Assembly: GCA_043745805.1 (NCBI GenBank)
Contig: JAYTSD010000029.1
Location: forward strand, 16,835-80,834
Length of the DNA: 64,000 bases
Direction of reading: 5' to 3'
Source: Fibrobacteria bacterium
Lineage (GTDB): Bacteria; Fibrobacterota; Fibrobacteria; UBA11236
The notes beneath the pieces are model-generated. The model saw only the letters and a program-made list of their open reading frames with translations. It had not been told where the DNA came from and made no database searches. The position numbers and the translations under genes were made by a program. Below are positions 27,938 through 37,698 of this stretch, piece by piece (the stretch's first letter is position 1; every line of letters starts with the position of its first letter).

Positions 27938-28870
27938 ATGCTAAAAATGCTTATTTCATTTTCAATCCTTGTGCTTTCCTTTACGCTTGCTTTTTCTGCG
28001 CCCATGACCATAAAACCCAGCAATGCTTTTCTCGATTATTGGAAAAGTGGGTTAGCTGAAATCTCCTCATATCAAGTTAAAACTGAAAGGTATGGAGAAA
28101 TGCGGGAGGGGCAGGAAGTCATGATTTTTGTGTACGAAGAAATCAATGCGGATACACGCATTAAAGTGGAAAGCGACAAAACGCCTGTGAGCAAGCAGGT
28201 TCCGGTATTAAAACTCAATCATGTTTTAAAATTTAATACTGGCATTTATGATTATTCAGTATTAACTTCGGTGTTTACCGGACTCGCTGGCCAAAGTGTA
28301 AAACGTCCCTTTGATCCCCAAAAAATTTCGCTGACGGCACAAGAATGGTGTGGTCATGTTTATCATAGTGTAGAGCCGCATAAAAGTGGAATCGTCTCGG
28401 AAATACATTCTTATTTCGAAAAAGAAGGTAACACGAAAATAACTCTGCCTTTTCCAGTGGGAACACTTTATTATGAAGATGAATTTCCCATTTTATTTCG
28501 TGAACTCGATGGGGAGTTTTTAAAAACTGGAGAAAATCTTAAGTCTACAGTATTGCCAAGTTTATGGCTGACGCGTAAAAGACATCAACCCTTAACTTTG
28601 GCCAAAGCAGAAATTCACAAAGAAAAAACAACTTTACCGCTCCAAAACAAAAATTGGGAATGCTTCAAATGGACAGTGGAATTATCGGGAATTAAAACGG
28701 AGTATTGGATAGAAAAAGATTTTCCGCACAAGGTTTTAGCTTGGAAAAATTCAGTGGGTGAAAGTGGTGAGTTGATTAATAGTCTGCGTAAAACCTATTG
28801 GGCATTAAATCACAATAAAGATTTAGGGTTGCGCAAAGAGCTGGGCTTGCATTATGGTTTAGGTGACTAA
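27938..28870 (+). CDS. Conserved exported hypothetical protein
   Basis: Signal peptide; YW..G.AEISSY, RYGE.R.G, KFNTGIYDYS, QEWCGH, SYFE.EG. The track starts at 27908. Confidence 0.7.
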   Translation: MLKMLISFSILVLSFTLAFSAPMTIKPSNAFLDYWKSGLAEISSYQVKTERYGEMREGQEVMIFVYEEINADTRIKVESDKTPVSKQVPVLKLNHVLKFNTGIYDYSVLTSVFTGLAGQSVKRPFDPQKISLTAQEWCGHVYHSVEPHKSGIVSEIHSYFEKEGNTKITLPFPVGTLYYEDEFPILFRELDGEFLKTGENLKSTVLPSLWLTRKRHQPLTLAKAEIHKEKTTLPLQNKNWECFKWTVELSGIKTEYWIEKDFPHKVLAWKNSVGESGELINSLRKTYWALNHNKDLGLRKELGLHYGLGD

Positions 28871-28903
28871 GCGCCACCGTTTTTTTTTGTAAAAGCTTCT
28901 GCC

Positions 28904-29764
28904 CTATACTATATCCATGAGCACAGGATCCGCAATAATCGATGTCACTGCCGCTGTGCTTTTGGCCTTGACATGACTGCGAATTTTTTCGGGCGAAAGA
29001 TCGAATAATTCAAAACATAGGGCATACAAATCTAAAGCGCCAATCGAAGCCGGCGCATATTCAAAAATACTCAGGCCTTCTTTTGCCGCTTCCGCCAGTT
29101 GAATGGTTAACCTTACTTTTTGATCCGCTACGCGACCTGGATAGGCTTGTAAAATTTCTTTGCAAATAGTTTGATGTAATTGCGTATTCGCACGGAACAT
29201 ATTGATCACTATTTTATAAAGCTGCGAGGTAGTGGTCATTTTATCTAGCATGGGGATTAAGTCTTGTAATCCTTGCAAAGCATAGGGTTCCGCTTGAATA
29301 GGTACAATCACCGCTGTGGTCGCATACAGTGCCATGCGCGTTAACCAGTTCACCGCCGGAGGGCAATCAATTAATATAAAATCATACTCTTCGCCCATAC
29401 CTTCCATTTCAGCTAATAATGCTTTCAATCGGCTAGGCTCACGAATCGCTTTGCCATCGAGAATGGGTAAATCTTCTAGGCCAGTACTACCGGGAATAAG
29501 ATCGAGATTTTCATAGCCAGTGGAAATAATTGCTTCCGCCATGGGAATGCGGCGCATCAATACTTTAGAAATATCGGGAAAGGGGTTACCCTCCGCATCC
29601 TTATCCACATTACCCAATAAATGCTTGGTTAAATTAGCCTGTCCATCCAAATCAATTAATAAAGTTTTGTATTGGGAAAAGGCCAGAGCATGCGCGCAGT
29701 TTAAGGTGAAAGTGGTTTTTCCTACTCCACCCTTTTTGGACAAAAAAGCAAATGATTTAGTCAT
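28904..29764 (-). CDS. ParA/Soj-family ATPase (orphan)
   Basis: KKGGVGKTT, DLDGQANLT, IDCPP. Likely ATG at 29764. Confidence 0.9.
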   Translation of the reverse strand: MTKSFAFLSKKGGVGKTTFTLNCAHALAFSQYKTLLIDLDGQANLTKHLLGNVDKDAEGNPFPDISKVLMRRIPMAEAIISTGYENLDLIPGSTGLEDLPILDGKAIREPSRLKALLAEMEGMGEEYDFILIDCPPAVNWLTRMALYATTAVIVPIQAEPYALQGLQDLIPMLDKMTTTSQLYKIVINMFRANTQLHQTICKEILQAYPGRVADQKVRLTIQLAEAAKEGLSIFEYAPASIGALDLYALCFELFDLSPEKIRSHVKAKSTAAVTSIIADPVLMDIV

Positions 29765-29942
29765 TGAATAAGAATAAAATTTCATACGCTGGAAAACAAG
29801 CAAAAGTCAATTTGCAGAATGCTCCAAAATAGAAGCGAAGCATGCAAGCCATTGATACAATTAGTATTAGCTGTGCTAAACTATTTTTTACTCGAAAAGG
29901 ATTTTTTTTATTCGTCGGCTTTGATTTAAGGTATCCCCATAG

Positions 29943-31256
29943 TTACGTGTCAATCACGTCAATGGGAGCGCCTAAACTCCGGAATTTCTCCACAATTCTA
30001 TCATAGCCACGCTCTATATAACGCACATTGGTCAATTCCGTAACACCCTCAGCAAGTACTGCCGCCACCAAATAAGAAAAGCCTGCACGTAAATCGGGAA
30101 TATCAATTTTAGCTCCGCGTAAGGGTGTAGGCCCCATAATGACGGCAGAATGCTTATGACCCAAATGGCGGAAACGACAGGGTTCCCCACCCAAACATTC
30201 ATTGAACAATTGAATACGCGCACCCATCGCATTCAATGCATCGGTATAACCAAAACGATTTTCATATACGGTTTCATGAATAACGGAAATGCCTTCGGCC
30301 TGCGTTAATAAAATCACCAAAGGTTGCTGCCAATCGGTCATTAAACCCGGATGCACATTGGTTTCAGCGGCAATGGGTTTAAGTTTGGAATGTTGGCCAT
30401 GAAAACGAATGCCATTTTCTTCAATATCAAATTCACCGCCGGCGCGGCGTAACCAATTCAAAAAAGTGAGCAGATGTTTTTGATCCGCTCCTTTAATTAA
30501 AACATTGCCTTTAGTCGCAATGGCTGATACGGCAAAGGAAGCGGCTTCAATGCGATCATTAATCACCGTATGCTGCGCAGGACGTAAGCATTCAACCCCT
30601 TGAATGACCCAAGTTCTATCGGTTTCCTGCGTGATAATAGCACCCATGCTTTGTAAAAATAAAGCGAGATCTACTATCTCCGGTTCAATCGCCGCATTTT
30701 TAATCACAGTAGTGCCTTGCGCCACAGTAGCGGCCATCATAATATTTTCCGTAGCACCTACGCTGGGAAAGGGCAAAGTGATTTTAGTACCCGTTAAATG
30801 CTTGGCCTTAAAATGAAACGCATTATCGCGATATTCCGCTTTAGCCCCTAAGGCTTCTAAGCCTTGCAAATGAAAGTCAATCGGACGAGGCCCAATATCA
30901 CAGCCTCCCATTACCGGAATCACTGCATGCCCAAATCGATGGAGTAACACGCCTGCTAACAGGATTGGAATTCGGTTCAATCCCGAATATTCAGTGGGAA
31001 CTTCGGGGGTTTGTAAATGCGTGGCATCAATTTCTAGTATGCCTTCATCCGTCTTATGCACTATAGAACAACCCAAGGAACAAAGAATTTGCCTGGTTAT
31101 ATCAACGTCGCCAATATCGGGAACATTTTTTAAAATGGATTTACCTGGAGCCATTAAACTAGCTACCATTTGCTTGGTTACAGCATTTTTAGCGCCGCGA
31201 ATTTGTACTTCACCTTGGAGGCATTTGCCTCCTTCAATTCTAAATTTTCTTGTCAT
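29943..31256 (-). CDS. murA: UDP-N-acetylglucosamine 1-carboxyvinyltransferase
   Basis: GAKNA, GGCDIG.RPIDFH, SVGATEN, DRIEA, DLRAG, RGY. Confidence 0.96.
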   Translation of the reverse strand: MTRKFRIEGGKCLQGEVQIRGAKNAVTKQMVASLMAPGKSILKNVPDIGDVDITRQILCSLGCSIVHKTDEGILEIDATHLQTPEVPTEYSGLNRIPILLAGVLLHRFGHAVIPVMGGCDIGPRPIDFHLQGLEALGAKAEYRDNAFHFKAKHLTGTKITLPFPSVGATENIMMAATVAQGTTVIKNAAIEPEIVDLALFLQSMGAIITQETDRTWVIQGVECLRPAQHTVINDRIEAASFAVSAIATKGNVLIKGADQKHLLTFLNWLRRAGGEFDIEENGIRFHGQHSKLKPIAAETNVHPGLMTDWQQPLVILLTQAEGISVIHETVYENRFGYTDALNAMGARIQLFNECLGGEPCRFRHLGHKHSAVIMGPTPLRGAKIDIPDLRAGFSYLVAAVLAEGVTELTNVRYIERGYDRIVEKFRSLGAPIDVIDT

Positions 31257-31386
31257 GGCAATAATTTACTTAAACTCCTCTTTTCTGTTTTCAAGTTCTT
31301 CAAGAGAAACAAAACAAGCTCAAAAAAAATGCCCAAAATTTTTAGTTATTTTTTGCTGCCACCTGCATAATTAAGCAGGAGGTATT

Positions 31387-31566
31387 ATGAGCAGTATAGC
31401 AAGCATTCCCAATTTACCCGAAAACGCCCCCAATCAGGACGTGGCATTAATCATGTTGAAAAAATCACAAGACAGTGCAAAAGACACCGGTAACGCTTTG
31501 ATTGCGGCCTTGCCGAAGCCACCATCCCCTCGGGGTATGGGCCAAAATCTTGATCTGTCCGCCTAA
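31387..31566 (+). CDS. yjfB: YjfB-family putative motility protein (59 aa)
   Basis: Below the track cutoff. AGGAGG SD; VALIMLKKSQD...ALIAALP...GMGQNLDLSA. Confidence 0.8.
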   Translation: MSSIASIPNLPENAPNQDVALIMLKKSQDSAKDTGNALIAALPKPPSPRGMGQNLDLSA

Positions 31567-31578
31567 ACTCTTGACCAA

Positions 31579-32823
31579 TTAATCCGTGGAAATTGGTACA
31601 GGCCCAAGTTTTTCCCAAACATAAACTAGACCCAATGCTAGAATGGGAACTAGAGGGAAAACTTGCCTTGGAATAGCGCTCAAGAGGGATAAGCCCGTTA
31701 AGCTAATTCCTGCAAAAAAGGTCAAAGCCATCATTTCTGCGGATACTTTATGGCGGGCAATAATTACGCGGCAAACGCCAAAAAACCACATGAAAAATAT
31801 AGCAGCGTAGATTAAACTACGATTTCCAGTTGTGAGATCGGTATCCGCATTTGGATAGTTTGAAATGGGATATCCAAACACCATGCGATTAATATTTGCT
31901 CTCCAATTTTGGAAATATTTTTGCGGGTGATTCTTTATATTTTTTTTTGCCACCTGTTTAAAGCGGGCATCTCTCTCTAAACAATTCATAGTGGATAATT
32001 CCTTAAATAAGGGCTGTAACTCGCAAAAAAAATCTGGGTAACCGATAACGGCATCAAAGTTTAACCAGTCTCCTAAATATTTTTTTTCAGGTAACGTCAT
32101 GCAATACACTTGCTGTCCTCCTGAATTTCCCCAATAAAATATTTTGCCAGTTAATTTGTAAGTGTATCCAAGATAAGGAAGACAGATCAGTAAACCAAGT
32201 AATTGCGCGATAGCAAAACGCCGAAAGGCTATCCTCTTTAACACCATTCCTATAAACCCCATAAGCAGGAATCCGAATAATAAAGTATAGCCGAAAAAAA
32301 CTTTGGTTAAGGCTAAATAACCTAGGTAAAAAGATAAGGTCAAAAAATGTTGAATCCAATTTGGAGAGGCTGATAAATCTTTTTTACAAACTTTTATCCC
32401 ATGAAAACAAATGCCGGAAACTAAAAATACCGATAAACACTCCGGCATTATAAATTCCATTAAGGAACCATGAAGGCATAAATATATTCCTAGAACAAAA
32501 GCAAAAATCAAAGCTTTTCGTGGGGTAACATAAATAGCCGATGCCAAGCCAAAATAATATGCTGCTCCATAAAGCAAAAATGCATTTAAGATTTTTGCCC
32601 AAAACCAAGGAATATGCAACAATGCAAAGGGATATAATAAAAATGGATAACCCGGCCCATTCCACAAATACAAACTTTCGGTGGAAGCATAAAAACCATG
32701 AGTTAAATTTTGGGCACAAATTATATAAGTTCCCTCATCCCATTGAAAACCAGTTTTCGAGTGCCAGCAAACAAAAATGAGATAAATCACTAAAAGAGGT
32801 AAAAGCTTAAATGCCATTTTCAT
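31579..32823 (-). CDS. GT-C fold (PMT/ArnT-like) membrane glycosyltransferase
   Basis: WDEGTY after TM1, PGYP, many TM helices. Confidence 0.7.
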   Translation of the reverse strand: MKMAFKLLPLLVIYLIFVCWHSKTGFQWDEGTYIICAQNLTHGFYASTESLYLWNGPGYPFLLYPFALLHIPWFWAKILNAFLLYGAAYYFGLASAIYVTPRKALIFAFVLGIYLCLHGSLMEFIMPECLSVFLVSGICFHGIKVCKKDLSASPNWIQHFLTLSFYLGYLALTKVFFGYTLLFGFLLMGFIGMVLKRIAFRRFAIAQLLGLLICLPYLGYTYKLTGKIFYWGNSGGQQVYCMTLPEKKYLGDWLNFDAVIGYPDFFCELQPLFKELSTMNCLERDARFKQVAKKNIKNHPQKYFQNWRANINRMVFGYPISNYPNADTDLTTGNRSLIYAAIFFMWFFGVCRVIIARHKVSAEMMALTFFAGISLTGLSLLSAIPRQVFPLVPILALGLVYVWEKLGPVPISTD

Positions 32824-32965
32824 ATTTCTTCATTTTACTTTACAGAGCTGTCTAATTTGTAGACAAATTTTTTGCAAGCAGTCCATTTTACGTCAAAAAC
32901 CACATTTCATTTCGGTAAACTCTTGGCCCAATATTTGATTAATACTAACCCAAAAGGAGTGCTGT

Positions 32966-33754
32966 ATGTTTAAAGCCTTTCTCATTCGTGGATTATTAGT
33001 TTGCTTAGCTTTGGAACTCAGTGCCTGTATGGTTCTCGTAGAGGCTCCCGAAAACCCCATTATAATTATCACCGAATCACGACATGTGGGAGCCTTTTCC
33101 AGCATTGAAATGCATAGTGACTTACCCTTAGAAATTCAAAAAGGTAATGAATACGCTATTTACTTAACCTCCGATGAGAGTCTGTTGGCTTATTTTTCCA
33201 CCCGTAACGTATATGGTACGCTTATTTTAAATGAACCAGCTGGCTATAATATTCCTGCCTCCTCGCATTGGGTGGTTGTCACTCCCGATTTACAAAAGGT
33301 AACGCAACAAGGCTGGGGCCTCATTACCCTGCCTAGCCAAGTCGATTTTCCCAATCTTTCCTTGGAAATGAATGGGGCAGGAAAAATTCGTTTTGAGGGA
33401 ACCGCAGGCCGATTGGCCGCAGAAATTAATGGTTCAGGGAATATTGAATTGTCAGGCTATTGTGATTTCTTTCAAGGCGATGCGAATGGATCGGGGCATG
33501 TGTTGGGGGCTAATTTATTAACGCCCGAAGCCGATTTACAATCCAGAGGTTCGGGAGATATTCTTATTGGGTTAGATCATCAAGCTCATTTAAAATTGCA
33601 GCTGTCGGGTTCGGGACAAGTAGAATGGTGGGGTGACCCAGCGGTGGTAAAATACGCGGTATCGGGTTCTGGCAAAATAGTTGAACATAGAGAAACCTTG
33701 TTCAAAAAATCCGCCATGAACAATTCACCTAAGTTAACGCATCGGTTACTGTAA
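32966..33754 (+). CDS. DUF2807/GIN-domain lipoprotein
   Basis: Lipobox LSA-C; repeated NGSG.I/SGSG beta-helix units. Confidence 0.85.
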   Translation: MFKAFLIRGLLVCLALELSACMVLVEAPENPIIIITESRHVGAFSSIEMHSDLPLEIQKGNEYAIYLTSDESLLAYFSTRNVYGTLILNEPAGYNIPASSHWVVVTPDLQKVTQQGWGLITLPSQVDFPNLSLEMNGAGKIRFEGTAGRLAAEINGSGNIELSGYCDFFQGDANGSGHVLGANLLTPEADLQSRGSGDILIGLDHQAHLKLQLSGSGQVEWWGDPAVVKYAVSGSGKIVEHRETLFKKSAMNNSPKLTHRLL

Positions 33755-33773
33755 AGTAATATTCTTGACCACA

Positions 33774-33804
33774 AAAAAAGCTCGAGCTATGCTCGAGCTT
33801 TTTT
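33774..33804. terminator. Bidirectional rho-independent terminator
   Basis: AAAAAAGCTCGAGC-TAT-GCTCGAGCTTTTTT between convergent genes. Confidence 0.9.
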
Positions 33805-33826
33805 GGATAATAAATAGAGTTAATGC

Positions 33827-34261
33827 TTATTTGTCTGCTTTTTCGATTTTATCGCGCTTTTCTTGTTTGTCTTTTTTTAATTCCTTTTTATCGGAACGTT
33901 CATCCTTCTCATCTTTTTTTAAATCTGCGCGATCCACTTTCAAATTGCGTTCATCTTCCTTAACTTCTTTTTTTTCATTTTTGATTTCTGCTTTGTCGGC
34001 AGCAATTTCATTTTTGTTTTCGGACTTATCATCCTTAAGCTCTTTTTCGGCCTTCTTCAAATCCATACGGTTTTTTTTATGGCTTTTTTTGTCCTTTTTA
34101 ATTTCCGCTTTATCCGCGTTTACTTGCTGCTTATCGGCTTTGACCTCAGACTTATCTGCACTGACTTCAGCATTCTCGAGAATTGGTTTGTTACCCTGTG
34201 CAAAGCTCAAGTTCATAGCGATCGCCACTGCGGCAGTTGAAAGTAATAGCTTGTATTTCAT
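33827..34261 (-). CDS. Exported K/D/E-rich heptad-repeat protein
   Basis: Signal peptide, AAGGAG SD, 7-aa repeats (ADKSEVK, ADKQQVN, ADKAEIK). Confidence 0.8.
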   Translation of the reverse strand: MKYKLLLSTAAVAIAMNLSFAQGNKPILENAEVSADKSEVKADKQQVNADKAEIKKDKKSHKKNRMDLKKAEKELKDDKSENKNEIAADKAEIKNEKKEVKEDERNLKVDRADLKKDEKDERSDKKELKKDKQEKRDKIEKADK

Positions 34262-34425
34262 ATAGTCTCCTTCAAGTCGAGATGATCCCCGACTTTTAGT
34301 TTTAATTACTATTTAAAGAAGCAATTAAGAAAGAAGAATCGATTAAAAATGAAAATTAATCTCTCTCCTTTCTTCCGACCACCGCTAAACCAATTATGAG
34401 CGGTCCCCATTTCAAGTATTTGCTT

Positions 34426-34929
34426 TTAAGCTGATTTTGGCTTCGTATCGACTCCGTGCCAGTTATTCGAAGTACCAATATGCGATACACCCGAAGCTTT
34501 GACTTGCAAAAATAATTGCATGCGATAACCCACCAACCATTTCAATGGCGAGTTCAAAAGGGCCATCGCTTTATTGTCCACTTTGCCCCAAGGAAAGGTT
34601 ACATCTTCCTTGCTTAAGACCGCTTCATCGGCAATAGCAAAATCAGCTTTTAAGCCTTCCATCTGGGCATTGATAATGTCAATAAAATCTTCGCTTTGCA
34701 TAGTTTTGGCTCTTTCCGAACCGATTTGAAAAAGGGAAAAGTCATTGGTAATAATTCCATGGACAGCAGCCTGAGGCGTGTAGGAGAGATAACGCAATAG
34801 ATCTAAAATGGAACGTTGTTCCGTGGTAAATTTAAAATCCAACCCACCTTCAGGAATTTTAGCGTACAAGTGTTTGATGACTTCATATTCATGTAACATG
34901 GAGTTTAAAATGGCGTTTTTATTTAACAT
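34426..34929 (-). CDS. DinB-like protein
   Basis: LDFKFTTEQRSILDLLRYL, YRMQLFLQVK..G. Confidence 0.7.
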   Translation of the reverse strand: MLNKNAILNSMLHEYEVIKHLYAKIPEGGLDFKFTTEQRSILDLLRYLSYTPQAAVHGIITNDFSLFQIGSERAKTMQSEDFIDIINAQMEGLKADFAIADEAVLSKEDVTFPWGKVDNKAMALLNSPLKWLVGYRMQLFLQVKASGVSHIGTSNNWHGVDTKPKSA

Positions 34930-34952
34930 GGAATGACCTTTTTAAGAGTGAA

Positions 34953-35540
34953 TTATTTTTTGGAAGGTAAAATTTTTGATGCCAAAGAATCAACTTTGGG
35001 AGTTGTTATTTCTGGCTTTGCCAGTCCTATTATGCCACAAGCTATACGTGCTCCCGAGGCTCCAGCAGGTTGGGAAGTATAATCGTCCGCTTTTTCATGG
35101 ACTACAATACTCCGCCCTGCAATATTTATTGCGCCTAAAATAGCAAAGCTATTGCTGGTAAAAGCTATTTTTGCATTTCCTTGTGCATCCGCAGTAATAT
35201 TAGGCAAATCCCCAGCATGATGCATTTCGTGTCCTTCGGGATGGCCATGTTTTTTGGTTTCTTTCGGATCGAAATGAGGGCCGGGTGCATCAGGATCAAT
35301 ACAATCTCCAAAGGTATGCACATGCATGGCATAGACAGCGCTTGGTTTTAAGCCATGCATTTCACCAGATATAATAACCGAGGAATCTTTCTGTAGGAAA
35401 TCGATTTGACCCACTATTGCGGGGTCCTTAAATCCTTTTAGGGATGATTTTGCTTTAACTGTAATATCTGCCCAAGTTGATTGAGAAAAAATCAATGAGG
35501 TAACGGCCATAATACGTAAGATTTTAATTTGCTTAAACAT
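34953..35540 (-). CDS. sodC: Periplasmic Cu/Zn superoxide dismutase
   Basis: HVH, GPHFDP, HGHP, HAGDLPN, VVHE, GARIACG; metal ligands present. Confidence 0.95.
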   Translation of the reverse strand: MFKQIKILRIMAVTSLIFSQSTWADITVKAKSSLKGFKDPAIVGQIDFLQKDSSVIISGEMHGLKPSAVYAMHVHTFGDCIDPDAPGPHFDPKETKKHGHPEGHEMHHAGDLPNITADAQGNAKIAFTSNSFAILGAINIAGRSIVVHEKADDYTSQPAGASGARIACGIIGLAKPEITTPKVDSLASKILPSKK

Positions 35541-35608
35541 ATTTAACTCCTAAAAAAAATGGAGGTCATAATATAACCCTTTTTTAACTGAGCCCAAAAA
35601 CTTTTTCA

Positions 35609-36850
35609 CTAGAGTGAAGTTCTAGGCTTTTTGAAGCCTAATTTGACTGCAAAAAATAAACTTAAAAGTAATGACAATACGGATATGACTCCGACCATCC
35701 CATAATGCAATAAAGGCCCTTGCGAAGTTTTAACTAAAATCAATCCCGAAAAATAAGCGGCAAAACCTGAGGCAAATTGTTGCAAAGAAGAATTCATACT
35801 CATAAATCCTCCACGCGCCTTGGCTTCTACGGCACTCGCAGCCATTGCCATGCCAGGAACAAAACGCCCTGAAACTAAAACCATAAAAAAGGTGGTTACC
35901 GTAATCGCCACGAACAAAGGCACTTGCGGCAATAGTGTAAGTAATAACATGGGAAATGCAGAAAATAAAGTTACCCAAGTAAATACTTTCAAGAGTCCAA
36001 ATTTATCACTTAATTTTCCAATCCAAGGCATGGAGAAAAAGGTAAAGAATCCTCCGCAGGTATAAATCCAAGGGAGCTGATGTTCTGTTAAACCCACATT
36101 GGCGACCATATAGGGACTGATATAAGGAATGATGGAGAATCCAGCATAAGTCATGGTTATAGTTAATCCAAAAGCCATCCAGTGACGTGGTTGCGACAAT
36201 AAATATTTCATTTCCGCAACGGGATTTTTTTCGACCTTATTCAAATGCTCAATCATAGGAGGTAAGTAACATGCCGTAATTATTAATACAACCACACTTA
36301 CGGCCGCGAGAACAAAAAAAGGCATGTGCCAACCATAATGATTAGCTAACAATAAACCGAGTGGCACACCTAAAATAGAAGCAATTGAAAAAGCCATCAT
36401 CACCAAACCCATCGCTTTACCGCGCCTTTCAAAAGGAATGGCATCGCCCACCATCGCTAAAACTGTGGATCCCGTTACCCCTCCAAATCCACCCGCAATA
36501 ATTCTTGCTAAAGTTAAGGTGCCATAAGTAGGCGCTAAGGCGCAAGCTAAAGTTCCCAATCCAAATCCGGTATATAATATCAGTAATACTTTTTTACGAT
36601 CAAAGCGATCCAAAAAAAAGGCCGCCAACAAGCCACAAGCACCCGCACTAAAAGTATAAGCGGAGACCATTAAGCCAAATTGTTTGGTAGAAATATTAAA
36701 TAAGCGAATAAATTGTGGGCCCAAAGGCATCATGATCATAAAATCCACAATATGTGTGAATTGAATGAAGGCCAATAAAAACAAGAAGAACATTTCTCTT
36801 TTAGGCGAAAGAGGGAAACTCGAAGTAGTTGATTTATTAATAGAAAGCAT
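35609..36850 (-). CDS. MFS transporter
   Basis: DRFDRKK motif A, about 12 TM. Confidence 0.9.
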   Translation of the reverse strand: MLSINKSTTSSFPLSPKREMFFLFLLAFIQFTHIVDFMIMMPLGPQFIRLFNISTKQFGLMVSAYTFSAGACGLLAAFFLDRFDRKKVLLILYTGFGLGTLACALAPTYGTLTLARIIAGGFGGVTGSTVLAMVGDAIPFERRGKAMGLVMMAFSIASILGVPLGLLLANHYGWHMPFFVLAAVSVVVLIITACYLPPMIEHLNKVEKNPVAEMKYLLSQPRHWMAFGLTITMTYAGFSIIPYISPYMVANVGLTEHQLPWIYTCGGFFTFFSMPWIGKLSDKFGLLKVFTWVTLFSAFPMLLLTLLPQVPLFVAITVTTFFMVLVSGRFVPGMAMAASAVEAKARGGFMSMNSSLQQFASGFAAYFSGLILVKTSQGPLLHYGMVGVISVLSLLLSLFFAVKLGFKKPRTSL

Positions 36851-36963
36851 ATAAGTTTCTCGAACTCAGTTTTGTTAAATCATTAATTATGTGGAAAAAA
36901 GTATGCAAAAAAAGACGACCAAGCGATCGTCCTTTGAGCCTCTCAAAAATTTGAGAATTAGTT

Positions 36964-37578
36964 TTATTTTTTCTTCTCAGGCGCTTTATATACACCTTCA
37001 AAAGAAAGTACGACATCCACCATGTCACCTACTACTAATCCGCCATTATCCATTATTTTACCAAAATTCAAACCGAAATCTTTGCGATTTAATTTTCCAC
37101 TCGCGGAAAAAGCAGCTCTTTCATTCCCCCAACCATCATTAGCTAATATTCCGCCACCTTTTACCGTGAGGATTATTTCTTTGGTGACTCCATGCATAGT
37201 GAGGTCGCCTACCAATTCGCAAGTGCTGTCTTTATCGGATACTTTACGAACCTCTTTGCTCGCATACTTGAGTTCAGGAAATTTTGCAACTTCAAAAAAA
37301 TCTGGACCTTTTAAATGTTCATCGCGTTTATCGTTTCCGCTGTTAATACTTGCAGCATCAATAACAGCCGAACCTTTAGTGGCTTTTACATTTTTAGCAT
37401 CGACAATAAATGATCCGGAGAATTTCAAGAAATGTCCGGTTACCGTGCTGATTCCTAAATGTTTAACTTTGAAAATAATTTCACTATGTGCCGCATCGAT
37501 AGTGAATTCAGAAGCGGAAGCAGAAGTCCAAATGGAAAGCGCTAAGCCCAATGATATGCCGTATTTTAATAAACGCAT
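36964..37578 (-). CDS. yceI: YceI-family lipid/polyisoprenoid-binding protein
   Basis: IDAAHS.I.FKVKHLG, RDEHL...DFF, GDLTMHGVTK, LNRKDFG. Confidence 0.93.
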   Translation of the reverse strand: MRLLKYGISLGLALSIWTSASASEFTIDAAHSEIIFKVKHLGISTVTGHFLKFSGSFIVDAKNVKATKGSAVIDAASINSGNDKRDEHLKGPDFFEVAKFPELKYASKEVRKVSDKDSTCELVGDLTMHGVTKEIILTVKGGGILANDGWGNERAAFSASGKLNRKDFGLNFGKIMDNGGLVVGDMVDVVLSFEGVYKAPEKKK

Positions 37579-37617
37579 GTATTTCTCCTTAGAAATGAGT
37601 AAAATAGATCTGCACTT

Positions 37618-37646
37618 AATATATTCGTTTTAACGAATATTGTCAA
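37618..37646 (-). promoter_or_regulatory. sigma70 promoter of yceI with a palindromic operator in the spacer
   Basis: TTGACA-N17-TATATT; ATATTCGTT-NN-AACGAATAT at 37621-37640. Confidence 0.8.
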
Positions 37647-37698
37647 GTTGAAGTATTATGGTTCTGAGGTTTATGGACTAAAAATGCCAATTTAAGGA

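Noticed and set aside
28904-29764. ParA as the missing FlhG
   Set aside because: Motifs are Soj-like (DLDGQANLT, DCPP) rather than FlhG-like (DADLGLAN, DTGAG).
31300-31380. sigma28 promoter for yjfB
   Set aside because: No convincing TAAA-N15-GCCGATAA match.
33765-34265. 166-aa plus-strand Ser/Phe/Leu-rich ORF
   Set aside because: Antisense shadow of the K/D/E repeat gene, which has the SD and signal peptide.
37022-37633. 203-aa ORF antisense to yceI, and similar antisense ORFs over cysW, fliM, fliL, flgE and flgD
   Set aside because: They fully overlap well-supported genes on the other strand and show no motifs.
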